Source: Eledone cirrhosa
Lineage: Eukaryota
NCBI GenBank assembly: GCA_964016885.1
Contig: OZ024743.1
Coordinates: 45,756,001-45,820,000, forward strand
Direction of reading: 5' to 3'
DNA length: 64,000 nt
The notes under the pieces were generated by a model, which was not told where the DNA came from, did not search any database, and worked only from the letters and a program-made list of their open reading frames with translations. The position numbers were made by a program, and so were the translations under genes. Shown one piece after another: positions 53,055 through 64,000 of the stretch (position 1 is its first letter; the number at the start of each line of letters is the position of its first letter).

Positions 53055-54623
53055 TTTTTCTTTATTTGCCACAGGGGTGTACAAAAATGGGACATTACAA
53101 GACGTGACGGCGGGGGTTTTACATAAAAATCATATAACTTTAACATTAATAAATAGCAACAAACTATCTATATATATAAAACTGAGGATGTATGTCTGTG
53201 TGTGTGTGTGTGTGTGTGTGTGAGTTTGAATCCCTAAAACTCGAGAAGTACCCAACCGATCTTTTTCAAACTTTCCATATGTATTACTTATGTTTCAGGG
53301 AGTATTATGCACATTAAAAAATTCAACTTTTTGTTCCCTAAGGCCCACATTAGGTGAAAAACTGCGTTTTTTCAGCTTTTTAGGGGTTTTTTGAGGCGTT
53401 ACGTCAGACCGATTTTCTTGAAATTGTAACTATGTATTAGTCAGTCTCTTCTTCATACCGTGAGCAAAGAAAATCCAACGTTTTTATGGCCTAGGGCCCG
53501 CATTAGGTGAAAAACTTCATTTTTTCAGATGTTTAGGGCTTTTTGGAGGCGTTACGTCTAGCCGATTTTCCCGAAATTTCAAGGTATATAATGCACATAA
53601 AAAAATTCATTTTCTTGATCCCCTAGGTGAAAACCTGCATTTTTCTTGCTTCATCGAGGAAAATCTTAAAGATTATCCAGACATGCAGTTTTTCCACCAT
53701 TAGGTCTGTTGGCAGCCCGCGTTCCAAAATAGCTTATCCCATGCAACACCGGGTACCACTGCTAGTATATAATGAAATAACAATTGAAATCCCCAATAGG
53801 GGGAACGTTACTGCAGGGTTGTTTTACACCCCGTGGATAGAACAACCCTCAACACCAGGAACACGTTTTGTAGGCGTTCCCGTCTTCCCTCCGTTCATCT
53901 TCCTCAACCTACAGGTTTATATACAGAGAAGGCTCATTCACTCGGGCCATTTTCGCCACATTCACCCATCTTTCAGCGAATTTACTGGGGTGTAGCACCT
54001 CTCTCTCCACTCTCACCTTCCTTCTGAAGTGGTACTTAAAGAAGGGGATAAGTTGTTGTCCGCAGAGAAAAGTGTTTTCCCTCAGTCCTTTTAACCTCGT
54101 CCACCATATTCCCTCTTTCGCCATAGCCATCAGACAGAGGAAAACTGCCTCTCCTTCATTCTTAAATGAAGGCGGCGGGTTGATCCTCACGATGGACTCG
54201 GCTAACAACTGGATGCGTCCCACACGTGACAGTAGCTGTTCGACATAATTCCACAGGTCGTTCACCCCTGGGCACTGAACAATTACGTGCAGAACAGTTT
54301 CGATGTCCTGCTCGCATCTTGGACAGGTCCTTTTGGCAGGATCTCTGCCAGGGCGTCCGTGCCTGTAGATTTTGTCTAGAACTGGTAGAGCTCCTCGGTA
54401 GCACTTCCAGGTCAGAGACCTCTGGAAGTTATCCATAGGCCCTGGACGGAAAGTCCTCCCGAACAGACTGGTCAGTTCGTCCTCCTCGATGCTTAGAGTT
54501 TCCCCGAGGACGTAGTCGCACTTATCCTCCTCTAATCCCCTATAGAATGTCGGAGTGGAGTCTCCGCTGATTGCCGTTTCCGCTTGGTAGAGGGCTGTGA
54601 GCGCTTGAAGGCATTTGAGGTGC
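53055..54623 (-). mobile_element. Tx1/L1-like LINE copy 1 (3' fragment, interrupted by a Helitron)
   Basis: ORF2 C-terminus with CPRC..ETVLH..QCP zinc finger (53909-54436); 3' end aataaagaaa followed by (TATC)n. Confidence 0.88.
53167..53765 (+). mobile_element. Non-autonomous Helitron
   Basis: A|TCTATATATATAAAA ... gcaacaccgggtaccactgCTAG|T, no TSD, AT target; internal ~155-bp subrepeats; LINE 3' UTR resumes after it. Confidence 0.8.
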
Positions 54624-54874
54624 AGATAGATAGATATGTTTCTTTATTAGCCACAGGAGCACAACATAAGGGGACAAATACAAAGGGGGAAGTTTACATA
54701 CAATAAAAACGTGTAAAATACTATCACAAATACAATTTAAAAGTTAATCGATTTTCCCCAATAGGGGAAGACATTACATATGGGTAACACATACCCCCGA
54801 AAAAATGTGCAACCCTCATCTCCAGGGGTACGAAAAGTTTGTACTCCTTTCCTCTCCTCCTCTTTTTCCTCAAC

Positions 54875-57822
54875 CTACAGGCTGATATAGAGAGAAGGCC
54901 CATTCACTCGGGTCATTCTCGCCACTTTCACCCACCTGTCATAAAACTTTCTGGGGTACAGCACCTCTCTCTCCATCCTGATTATTCTTCTAAAGTGGTA
55001 TTTGAAAAAAAGAATCAGTTGTTGACCGGAGAGAAAGGTGTCTGACCTCAACCCTTTCAGCCTTGTCCACCATACAACCTCATTCGCCATAGCTATCACA
55101 CAAAGGAAAACCGCCTCTCCTTCGTTTTTGAAGGAGGGTGGCGGTTTGATCATGACAATGGACTTGGAGGTCAACCGGATTGGTCCCACTCGCGACAATA
55201 GTCGTTCTACATAGCCCCACAGGTCAGTGACGCCCGGGCAGTGTATGAATGCGTGCGCGACGGTTTCTTCGTCTCGCACGCACCTCGGACAGATCTTTTT
55301 CGAAGGGTCCCTGCCCGGGCGCACATGTCTGTAGAGCTTGTCTCGAACTGGTAGAGCTCCTCGGTAGCACTGCCAGGCCAGGGACCTTTGGAAGTTGTAC
55401 ATCGGTCCACGCAGAAGGTCCTACCGAACAGATTGGCCAGTTCGTCTTCCTCTACGCCTAGAGTTTCACCGAGCGCGTCATCGCAGTTGCTGCAGATTAA
55501 CCCTCTATAGAATGACGAAGTGGAGTCTCCACTGATTGCTGGGTCCGCCTGCCAGAGGGCTGTGAGCGCCTGAGCACATTCGATGTGCCAGTCGCCAATT
55601 TTCCTCGGTCTTTGCTTGACCCAGGACTGCAGCTCGGTGAGCGAAACGAGTGGTGGGAAGGCTCGCCTCACGAACGGGGCCCACATCGGTTGTTCGGTGA
55701 GGAATACGGTTTGGTGAGCGTTTTGGCTGGACAAGGCACAGCGGTGTAGCGGTAGTAGATGGCGGACGCTATAAAAGTGTTCGCCACCTCCGCTCGACCT
55801 TTCAAGGATAGTTTGCACTCGGCCCACTTCTGGGGGAGTGCAAACACCTTGGCCATCACCTCGTTCCAGTTCTTCTCCACCTGGAGGTCCGGACCAAACC
55901 AGACCCCGAGCAGCTTTACCGGTCCTTCCGTCCAGCGTCCGACGACGCCATCAGAAGGCATCGGTTTGCCTCTCCACGATCCGAGTTGCAAACCGATGGA
56001 CTTGTCCCGGTTCAGCTTCGCTCCTGTGAACCTTTCGTATTCCTTCAGTAAGGTGCCGACTTCCTCGATTTGCGAGGTGCTCGACACCATTACTGTCACT
56101 GCTTTCCGCAGTCCCGGTTCCAGAGGGAATGCCCTGCAATAGCTCCAAGTTCGGCAGTAGTGGCTCGATAGTCAGTACGTTCAGAAGGGAGGAGATAGGG
56201 CATCCTTGTCGAATGGATCGCGTAATATGGAACGGCTCCGAGAGGTAGCCGTTCACCTTGACTCTTGAGCAGATGTTGCCTATCGAAAGCCTTAGACTGA
56301 TCCAAGTTGATCAGGGCCTCACCGAAGCCGTGGTTACACCCAACCCTCTCTATGATGTATCGCTTGAGGTGGAGGTTGTCGTGTATGGACCTGGTCGGGA
56401 TTGCGCGTGTCTGCGCTTCTCCCACCAGGTTCTGGACGACAAGCGCCAGCCTCTTTGCCAACACCTTGGCCAAAATCTGTAACTCTGAGTTTAGCAGAGT
56501 TATGGGCCGGAAGTTGCCTGTCATCCCCCTTATTCTCGTCCTTCCTGACTATTGTGACTACGCCCCCGGTCACAGAACTGGGAATTCTCCCGTTCTGCTG
56601 CCAGTTGCAGTAGACCGCTTCCAGGAGACCGGCGAATAAGTCCGGCATTGCTACGTAAAATTCGTAGGGTAGACCTCCGAGACCTGGAGATTTGCGTTTG
56701 CCGCATTGGCTCAGCGCGTCCCCTATCTCAGCGGCTGAAATCAGCTTTTCGCAGAACTTCGCCTCGCTGTCCGAGAGTCGCGGTAGGTCGTCGAGGTATG
56801 GACCGAAATCCAAAGCCCCTCCCGGCGCGCCGCCCTGCCCGAACAGTTGCGCAAAGTGCCGCTGAAAGGCCGCACACATCTGCTTCGGCTCATGTGTCAC
56901 GCGTCCGTATTGGTCCTTGTGGACTTGTTGCCACTTTTTTTTGTGGACTTGTTGCCACTTTTTCCCTCCGTCACTCGGGCCCAGCTAACAGCTTTGGCTC
57001 CCTCGTTTCCCAGAGCACCTATTTTGCTTCTGACAATGCAGTCCTCGTGCTTTGCGTCGAAGAACTGGTCCAAAGCCGTTTTCGTTGCTAGCACGCTGGC
57101 TACGTTGCCACTTCTAATTGCCTCTTATACTTTATCTACCAGTTCCTTCTCGGTCCTATTTCTATCTAACGCTGACAGCTTAACATGTCCCTATCCTTAT
57201 TTCTAACTAGAACCCTATCTAGGTACGATCTAGATGTTCCGCTGAGATTAGTCCACGTCCACAGTGTCACAGTCGGAAAATCTAGTCGATATCTATCGGC
57301 CAGGTCAAATCGGCCGATTAACTGTTTGAGGCTGTTACACCCCCTTTTATCGGGACATGCTCCCACATAGTCCCAACGTGCATCTAGGATTCCATTCCAG
57401 TCCCCCACTAAAGGCAAGGAGCGGGACGTTCCCAGAAAAGTCTTTAGACGTTTGAAGAAGTCTGGCCGCGGTGTCCCGGATGGGGCATATGCGGCCACCA
57501 GCCTGAAGGCTCCACCTTCACTACCGTCAACGTCTAGGACCACCACTCGGCCCTCCGGGTCCAGATGTACCGTCTGTGTTACGAGGCCCAGGTGTTTCCG
57601 CAGCAAAACGGCAACCACGCCCCCACCTCCCGGCTGACAGAGAGATGCGTAGATCTCAAAGTCATCGAAGATGGGGGCCAGCTGTCGCTCGCTGTGGATC
57701 CTGGACTCTAAAATGGCTACTACATCCATATTGTGCGACCTGGGGTCGTTTAAGAGTTTCCCCTGTTTCCAGGGCATCCTCAGGCCGCGTATATTCACAC
57801 ATCCAACTCTTATGTTGGCCAT
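54875..57822 (-). pseudogene. ORF2 (APE endonuclease, RT, CCHC) with many frameshifts and deletions
   Basis: VNIRGL, AYAP, VGDWN, SYLDR, KSPG.GGLPYEFY, NFRPITLLN, DQSKAFDR, RQGCP, CPRC..HCP; the YADD region is deleted. Confidence 0.9.
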
Positions 57823-57837
57823 GTTGTTTCTGAAAAG

Positions 57838-59764
57838 TTAAAAGAAGAGGAAAAGAAAACACTCACCTCTTCGTCTCCCGGGGATCATGCTGCACGATTT
57901 CCATGGGGGTGTTAGAGGGGTTGTCTGGGTGGGTGGTGGTTTCCGGTGGGGTGGGGACGGAGAAGTTTGGTGGGGAGGGGGTGTCTTATGGGGTGGTGGT
58001 GTTGGGGTGAGGGTGGGGAAACTTTTTAAAAGGACGCGGTTAATGGGTTTAACACAAGCATTACCTACGTCCTTAGGAAAGTTTTCCTTTAAAGACTTAT
58101 AGGTGTCCGTAGGGACCCTAATCATCTTTAAATTAGGTTTGTCTACACAGTTCGAAAAAATGTTCCCTTCGGTTTTCACCGAAGGCTCGTTGGAGATGAC
58201 ATCCATTTAAGTTTTGTTTTTACTTGTTTTTACTGTTTACCATTTATGTAAGTGTAAGGTTCTTGTTGCGGTGGTTTTTGTCTGTTGTTCTTGTGGGAGC
58301 TTTCGTTTTGTTGTAGTAGTTTGTGTTTGGAGTGATGTCGTGGTTTTGTTTTCGGGACGGGGATTTTTTGTTTGTAATGTTTGTGTTGTTTGTGTTGGTG
58401 GTTGTATGTTTGTAGTGATGTTTGTTGTTTTTTGTTCTTGTGGTGTCTTTTCTTCTTTCTTTTCGAACGGAGAGGCTCTCCCTCATCGTCACTTGGTGAT
58501 GATGAGGGGGCCTCGTCCGTTGTGGTGTCTGTGTTATTTGGAAGGGGTATGTTTTGGGGAGCTGTTGTGTTTGTGGGTGTTTTTGCAGTGGTTTGAGGTG
58601 GAGTGGGGTTGGGTGGGACTGTGCTTGCAGGTTGGTTTGTTGTTCTTGTTTTGGTTATGTTTGCGTGTTGTTTTTGTTGTTGCTGTGGTGGTGGTGGTGG
58701 TGGTGGTGGTGGTTGTGTTGTTGTTTTGGGTGTAGTAGTTCCTCTTATTTTGTAGTTAACTGAGGACAGTAAGCCTTCAGGTGACCACTGCTTAAACAGT
58801 GGTAACATGAAGGCTGCCTACCCTCAACAGAAATGTTTGTGTGAAATTCCATCCAGGGGCACACGTTGGGGGTATTTTAGCTATCCGTTCTGGCCTCATT
58901 TGGACCAGAACTTCCATGCTTGTACTATTGAATGTACCTCTGGAGGACTTTCCCACCGAAATGATGGTGTCTTCGTCGAAATCGAAGAAGCCAGTTAAAA
59001 TCCACCAGACGTTTACATTTGGTGCAATGTTCGAAATTTTTATCTTTTGTGTCCTTTTTCCCATATATGTGGGGAAAAAGGTGTAAAGGGGGGACACGAT
59101 CGGCGATACAGAATATTTTTGTGCCGTCAATTGGTCTTTCAACAACATCGAAATGCTTCCAAAAAGTTTCCCTTTTTGGATGAAGGCAATATCCTTCATG
59201 GAATTCTTCAGAACCAGTTCAATGTCGTTTGGGATAATTGAAATGGTTTTTTCGACACATTTGAAACCATCCTAAAAATTACTGTTTTTAGAACAGTTTC
59301 TCTGCGTAACTGTTGAGGAGAAGTGTGCCGAAAGCACCACTCTCACCAAAAGTTACATACTGCTTTGCATCGCTTAACATTTCCCTAGCATTGGAAATGT
59401 CAAGGTATGTGAACAGTTCCGTCTTTTGGACGCTTTGAGCAAAGGAAATCTTTTCCTTGTTCGTGGAGTTGTTCGTGTTGCTGTTGTTGTTGGTGGTGTT
59501 GTTGTTATCATTGTTGCTGTTGTTGTTCTTGTTGTCATTATTGTTGTTGTTGTTGTTGTTGTTGTTGTTCTGGTTGGTGTTGTTTATATTTTGCATGTTA
59601 TTGGTGTTTGTGTTAGTATTGATGTTACAATCAACGTCCGACATCGTGTTTTCAAAACTGACGACATTTTCGATGTCTTTCAATGAGGTGGTGAGAGGGG
59701 GTAACTGCGAGCTTAACACTCTTACCGCCTCTCCACCACTTCTAGGACTGAACGCAGCGTCCAT
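57838..59764 (-). pseudogene. ORF1 (poly-Asn N-terminus, RRM-like region, one CCHC knuckle, P/T/Q-rich tail), frameshifted
   Basis: MDAAFSP.. start at 59764; KIKISNIAP; CYHCLSSGHLKAYCP at ~58763-58809; ends 16 nt before the ORF2 ATG. Confidence 0.75.
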
Positions 59765-59792
59765 GGCTGAATGCAAGATAGAAGATAGATAT

Positions 59793-60228
59793 ATTTCTTT
59801 ATTAACCACAAGGGCGCACAAGAAAAAGGGACAATACAAAGACATGCCGGGGATTTTACATACAATCGTGAAAAAAATATAAAAACAAACAATTACAACA
59901 ATCGAAATCCCCAATAGGGGGGAGGCGCCAGAAATGGGTTGTTTAATACACCGTCGATAGAACAACCCTCAACTCCAGGAGCGTGTTGTGCAAGTGCTCC
60001 TTTCTTCCTTTTGCTCTCTTCTTCAACCTACAGGCTTATAAACAGAGAAGGCCCAATCATTCGGGCCATTTTCGCTTCATTCACCCACCTTTCAGTAAAT
60101 TTACTGGGATGCAGTGCCTCTCTCTCCACCCTGATTCTCCTTCTAAAGTGATACTTAAAGAAGGGAATCAATTGTTGTCCGGAGAGAAAGGCATCTGTCC
60201 TCAGTCCTCTCAACCTCGTCCACCATAT
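59793..60228 (-). mobile_element. Tx1/L1-like LINE copy 3 (short 3' fragment)
   Basis: WWTRLRGLRTDAFLSGQQLI..GPSLFISL plus 3' UTR with aataaagaaa and TATC tail. Confidence 0.88.
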
Positions 60229-60229
60229 A

Positions 60230-60294
<65 letters not shown>

Positions 60295-60295
<1 letters not shown>

Positions 60296-63200
60296 TTCTT
60301 TATTTGCCACTAGGGCACAAGAGAAAGGGACAAATACACAGGGGGGAGTTTACATAAATGCGAGTAAAAAAAAGGCATAACAATAAGAATAATATAATAA
60401 TAAAAAAGTCCTCAAAAGGGAGGGGGCGTGTTGGGGATTGCACATACCCCCGAAAAGTGTGCAACCCTTTTCGCGGGGGAAGCCCAGAGAGGAGGCGCTC
60501 CCCCTTTCCTCTTCACTTCTTCACCTACAGAACAATGTAGAGAGAAGGCCCATTTACACGAGCCATTCTCGCTTCTTTCACCCACCTTTCATAAAACTGT
60601 CTGGGACCAAGCACTTCTCTCTCCATCCTGATCCTTCTTCCGAAGTGGTATCGGAAGAAGTAAACCAGGTGTTGGCCGGAGAGAAAGTCACCCGACCTCA
60701 GACCTTTCAGGCGCGTCCACCACACAACCTCTTTCATCATGGCTATTACGCACAGAAAGACCGCCTCTGCTTCATTTCTGAAGGGAGGAGGCGGCTTGAT
60801 GTTCACCACAGATCGGCAACGCCCGGGCAGTGTACCAGTGCGTGCGCAACGGTTTCCTCGTCGCGCACGCATCTGGGACAGATATTTTTCGCGGGATCCC
60901 TGCCCGGGTGCCCGTGTCTGTAGAGCTTTTCTCGAACGGGCAGAGCCCCCCGGTAGCACTGCCAGGCTAGGGACCTCTGGAAGTTGTCCATGGGTCCCGG
61001 GCCGAAAGTTCTACCGAACAGGCTGGCCAGTTCGTCCTCCTCCATGCCTAGCGACTCTCCAAGGGTGTCGTCGCCCCTGCTAGCCACCAGCCCTCTATAG
61101 AATGTCGAGGTGGATTCTCCACTGATAGTCGGATCCGCTTGCCAGAGAGCCGTGAGCGCCTGGGCACACTCGGTGTGCCAGTTGCCCAGTTTTCTCGGTC
61201 TTTGCTTGACCCAGGACTGCAGCTCGGTGAGCGAAACGAGCTGTGGGAAGGCTCGCCTCACAAACGGGGCTCACACCGGCTGACCGGTGAGGAATACCTG
61301 TAGATGCCGTAGCCTCAATGCGTGCCTACGCATCAACAGCCACGGCATACCCAGCCCTCCTTTCAAAGGGTGCTGGCAGCAGATGGATCTCCTCAACATG
61401 GGAGGCCGCTTCTTCCAGAGGAACTGGAAGAGCATGCGCTCCATGATGGTGAGCGTTTCCTTGGGACAAGGCACGACGGTCAGGCGGTAGTAGATGACGG
61501 ACGCTATGTAAGCGTTCGTCACCTCCGCCCGACCTTTCAGTGATAGTTTGCACTTGGCCCACTTCTAGGTCAACGCAAACACCCTGCTCGTCACCTCGCC
61601 CCAATTCTTCTCCACCTGGAGGTCCGGTCCGAACCAGACCCCGAGCAGCTTCACCGGGCCCTCCGTCCACCGCCCGACAACACCGTCTAACGGCATCGGT
61701 TTGCCCCTCCACGTTCCGAGTTGCAAACTGACTGACTTGTCCCGGTTCAGCCTAGCCCCCGCCAGCCTTTCGTATTCCTCCAGTAGGGTGGCGATCGCCC
61801 CGATTTCCGAGGCGTCCGCCACCATTACTGTTACGTCGTCGGAATAGGCCGAGACCGCTTTGTGCAATCCCGGTTCCAGGGGTATGCCCCGCAGCAACTC
61901 CAACTTCCGCAGCAGTGGCTCGAGAATCAATACGTACAGAAGGGAGGAGAGGGGGCACCCCTGCCTGATGGACCGGGGGATTTGAAACGGCTCCGAGAGG
62001 TAGCCGTTTACTTTAATCCTAGAGCAGACGTTGCCACTGTGCATGGCAGAAATCCAGCCCCTGAAAACGGGTCCGAAGCCCGCCGCCGCTAGCACCTCAT
62101 CCAGGTAACCATGGTCGACCCTATCGAACGCCTTAGATTGATCCAAGTTGATCAGGGGCCCACCAAAGCCGGGTTCGTTCCCAACCCTCTCTACGATGTA
62201 TCGCATGAGGTGGAAGTTGTCGTGAATGGACCTGGACGGGATAGCGCATGTCTGCGCGTCTCCCACCAAACCACCCACCACAAGCGCCAACCTATTCGCC
62301 AACACCTTGGCCAAAATCTGTAACTCTGCATTCAGCAGAGTTATGGGCCTAAAGTTACTTAAGTCGTCCCCCTTGCTCTCGTCCTTCCTCACTAGCATGA
62401 CTACGCCCTTGGTCACAGAACAGGGAATTCTCCTGTTCTGTTGCCAGTTGCAATAGACAGCCACGAGGAGTTCGGAGAACAAGACCGGCATAGCTAAATA
62501 AAGTTCGTATGGTAGACCATCGAGACCCGGAGATTTGCGTCTGCTGCATTGGCTGAGCGCTTCCCCGATTTCAGTGGCTGTGATTGGCCTTTCGCAGCAC
62601 TCCGCTTCGCCGCTCGAAAGACGCGGTAGACCGTCGAGGTATGGACCGAAGTCCACATCCCCGTCCGGCCCCCCGTCCCCTCCGAACAGTCGAGCAAAGT
62701 GCCTTTGAAAGGCCTCCCACATCCGCTCAAGTTCAAGGATGACCCGTCCATCCTGGTCTCGCAAAGACCGAATGGTGGATTTAATCCCACTCTTGGCTTC
62801 TGTCACGCGGGCCCAGCTAACAGCTTTGGTCCCCTCGTTTCCTAAAGCACGTATTTTACTTCGGACAACGCAGCCTTCGTGCTTCGCGTCAAAGAACTGG
62901 CTCAATGCCGTTCTCGACGCTAACACTCTGGCCACGTCTCCGCTCCTAATCGCCTCTTCTAATTTATCTGTTAACTCCCTTTCCCTCCTATTTCTATTCG
63001 CCGCTAGTTCCTTACTGTAACCTATCGAACTTACTCTAATCTCTCTCTTTAGAGATACCCACCACCTGCTGTTGACGATCGCTCCCGTCAACCGCATCTT
63101 AACTAAGCTACTCATCCGGTTCCTGTAAGCTTCCTTTGCCGGCAAGGACAAGTTCATCTTCCAGTAACCGGGACCCTGTCTATGCGTTCTATCAAGGTTG

Positions 63201-64000
63201 ACCACGCAGGTCACTAATTTGTGATCTGAATAGCCAATCATGAGCAATTCTGGACAACTAAATACGTCCCTATCCTTACTCCTAACCAAAAACCTATCTA
63301 GGTACGATCTAGATTGACCACTGCGGTTTGCCCAGGTCCAGGTTGGCACAGTTGGAAAATCTAGTCGAAATCTATCGACCAGGTCGAATCGATCGAGTAA
63401 CCCCTTGAGGCTGCTACACCCCCCCTCTATCGGGACATGCCCCTGCATAGTCCCAACGCGCATCTAGGATTCCATTCCAGTCCCCCACTAAAAGCAGGGA
63501 ACGCGACGTTCCTAGAAAAGTCTCCAGACGCTGGAAGAAGTCAGCTCTTTCAGCCCCGAAGGGGGCATAAAGACCGACCAGTCTGAAAGCCCCGCCTTCA
63601 CCGCCTCCGACGTCCAGCACCAGTAATCGACCCCCCGGGTCCGAGTGAACAATCTGTACGTCGAGAGCCAGACGTTTATCCAGCAGTACGGCAACCCCAC
63701 CCCGCCTCCGGGTTGACAGAGAGATGCGTGCATCTCAAAGTCATCGTAGGCGGGAGCCAGCTGTCGCACGCTGCTGATCCGACTCTCGCAAACAACCATC
63801 ACATCTATACTTCGTGACTTGAGGTCACTTAGAAGCTTTGCTAGCTTCCAAGCTGAGCCCAGGCCACGCGCATTCAAACAGCCAACTCTCAATTGATCTA
63901 TTTTGGTGTTGAAAGTGAAGAAAGAAAAGCACCTTACCTCTCCGGGTTGTGTAATTTCCATGGCGTCGGGTGTGTTGGGTGGAGGGATGTTTTGTGGTGG
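60295..64000 (-). mobile_element. Tx1/L1-like LINE copy 4 (ORF2 ~63901-60525 disrupted; runs off the window into ORF1)
   Basis: LNARGL, VGDWN, YSDH, GYWKMN, SPGLDGLPYELY, RQGCPLS, SAYSDDV, GGLGMP, CPRC; preceded on + by a long (GATA)n at 60230-60294. Confidence 0.92.

Larger units (their letters stand above)
54638..59775 (-). mobile_element. Tx1/L1-like LINE copy 2, near full length but decayed
   Basis: ORF1 and ORF2 remnants; bounded on both sides by GATA repeats. Confidence 0.9.

Noticed and set aside
55249-63020. Plus-strand ORFs over the LINE array, and 21578-25263 over the Gypsy element
   Set aside because: Antisense shadows of GC-richer retroelement coding sequence with no motifs

Overview
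AT-rich, microsatellite-laden eukaryotic DNA, made almost entirely of transposable elements. The repeat inventory resembles an octopus/cephalopod genome (inference, no database search). No host protein-coding gene can be supported; most predicted ORFs are translations of (TA)n, (CA)n and (GA)n tracts. Recognisable content: (1) Penelope-like retroelements (three Naiad-type, one Neptune-type) plus many short non-coding derivatives, mostly inserted in (TA)n as fold-back (inverted) structures and carrying type I hammerhead ribozyme motifs (about 17 complete or degenerate cores read by eye); (2) a near-complete Ty3/Gypsy LTR element at 20789-26290 (-); (3) a head-to-tail array of four Tx1/L1-like LINEs, each ending in (TATC)n, from 53055 to the window end; (4) CR1-like and RTE LINE fragments, two tRNA-derived SINE families, a non-autonomous Helitron and several MITEs. 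The most notable signal is the ribozyme-centred fold-back architecture with family-fixed asymmetric ends, a shared ACTC..GAGT tail hairpin, and an ORF-less, ~428-nt circularly permuted hammerhead element (retrozyme-like). Coordinates were read by eye and can be off by a few bases, more for SINE and fragment boundaries.
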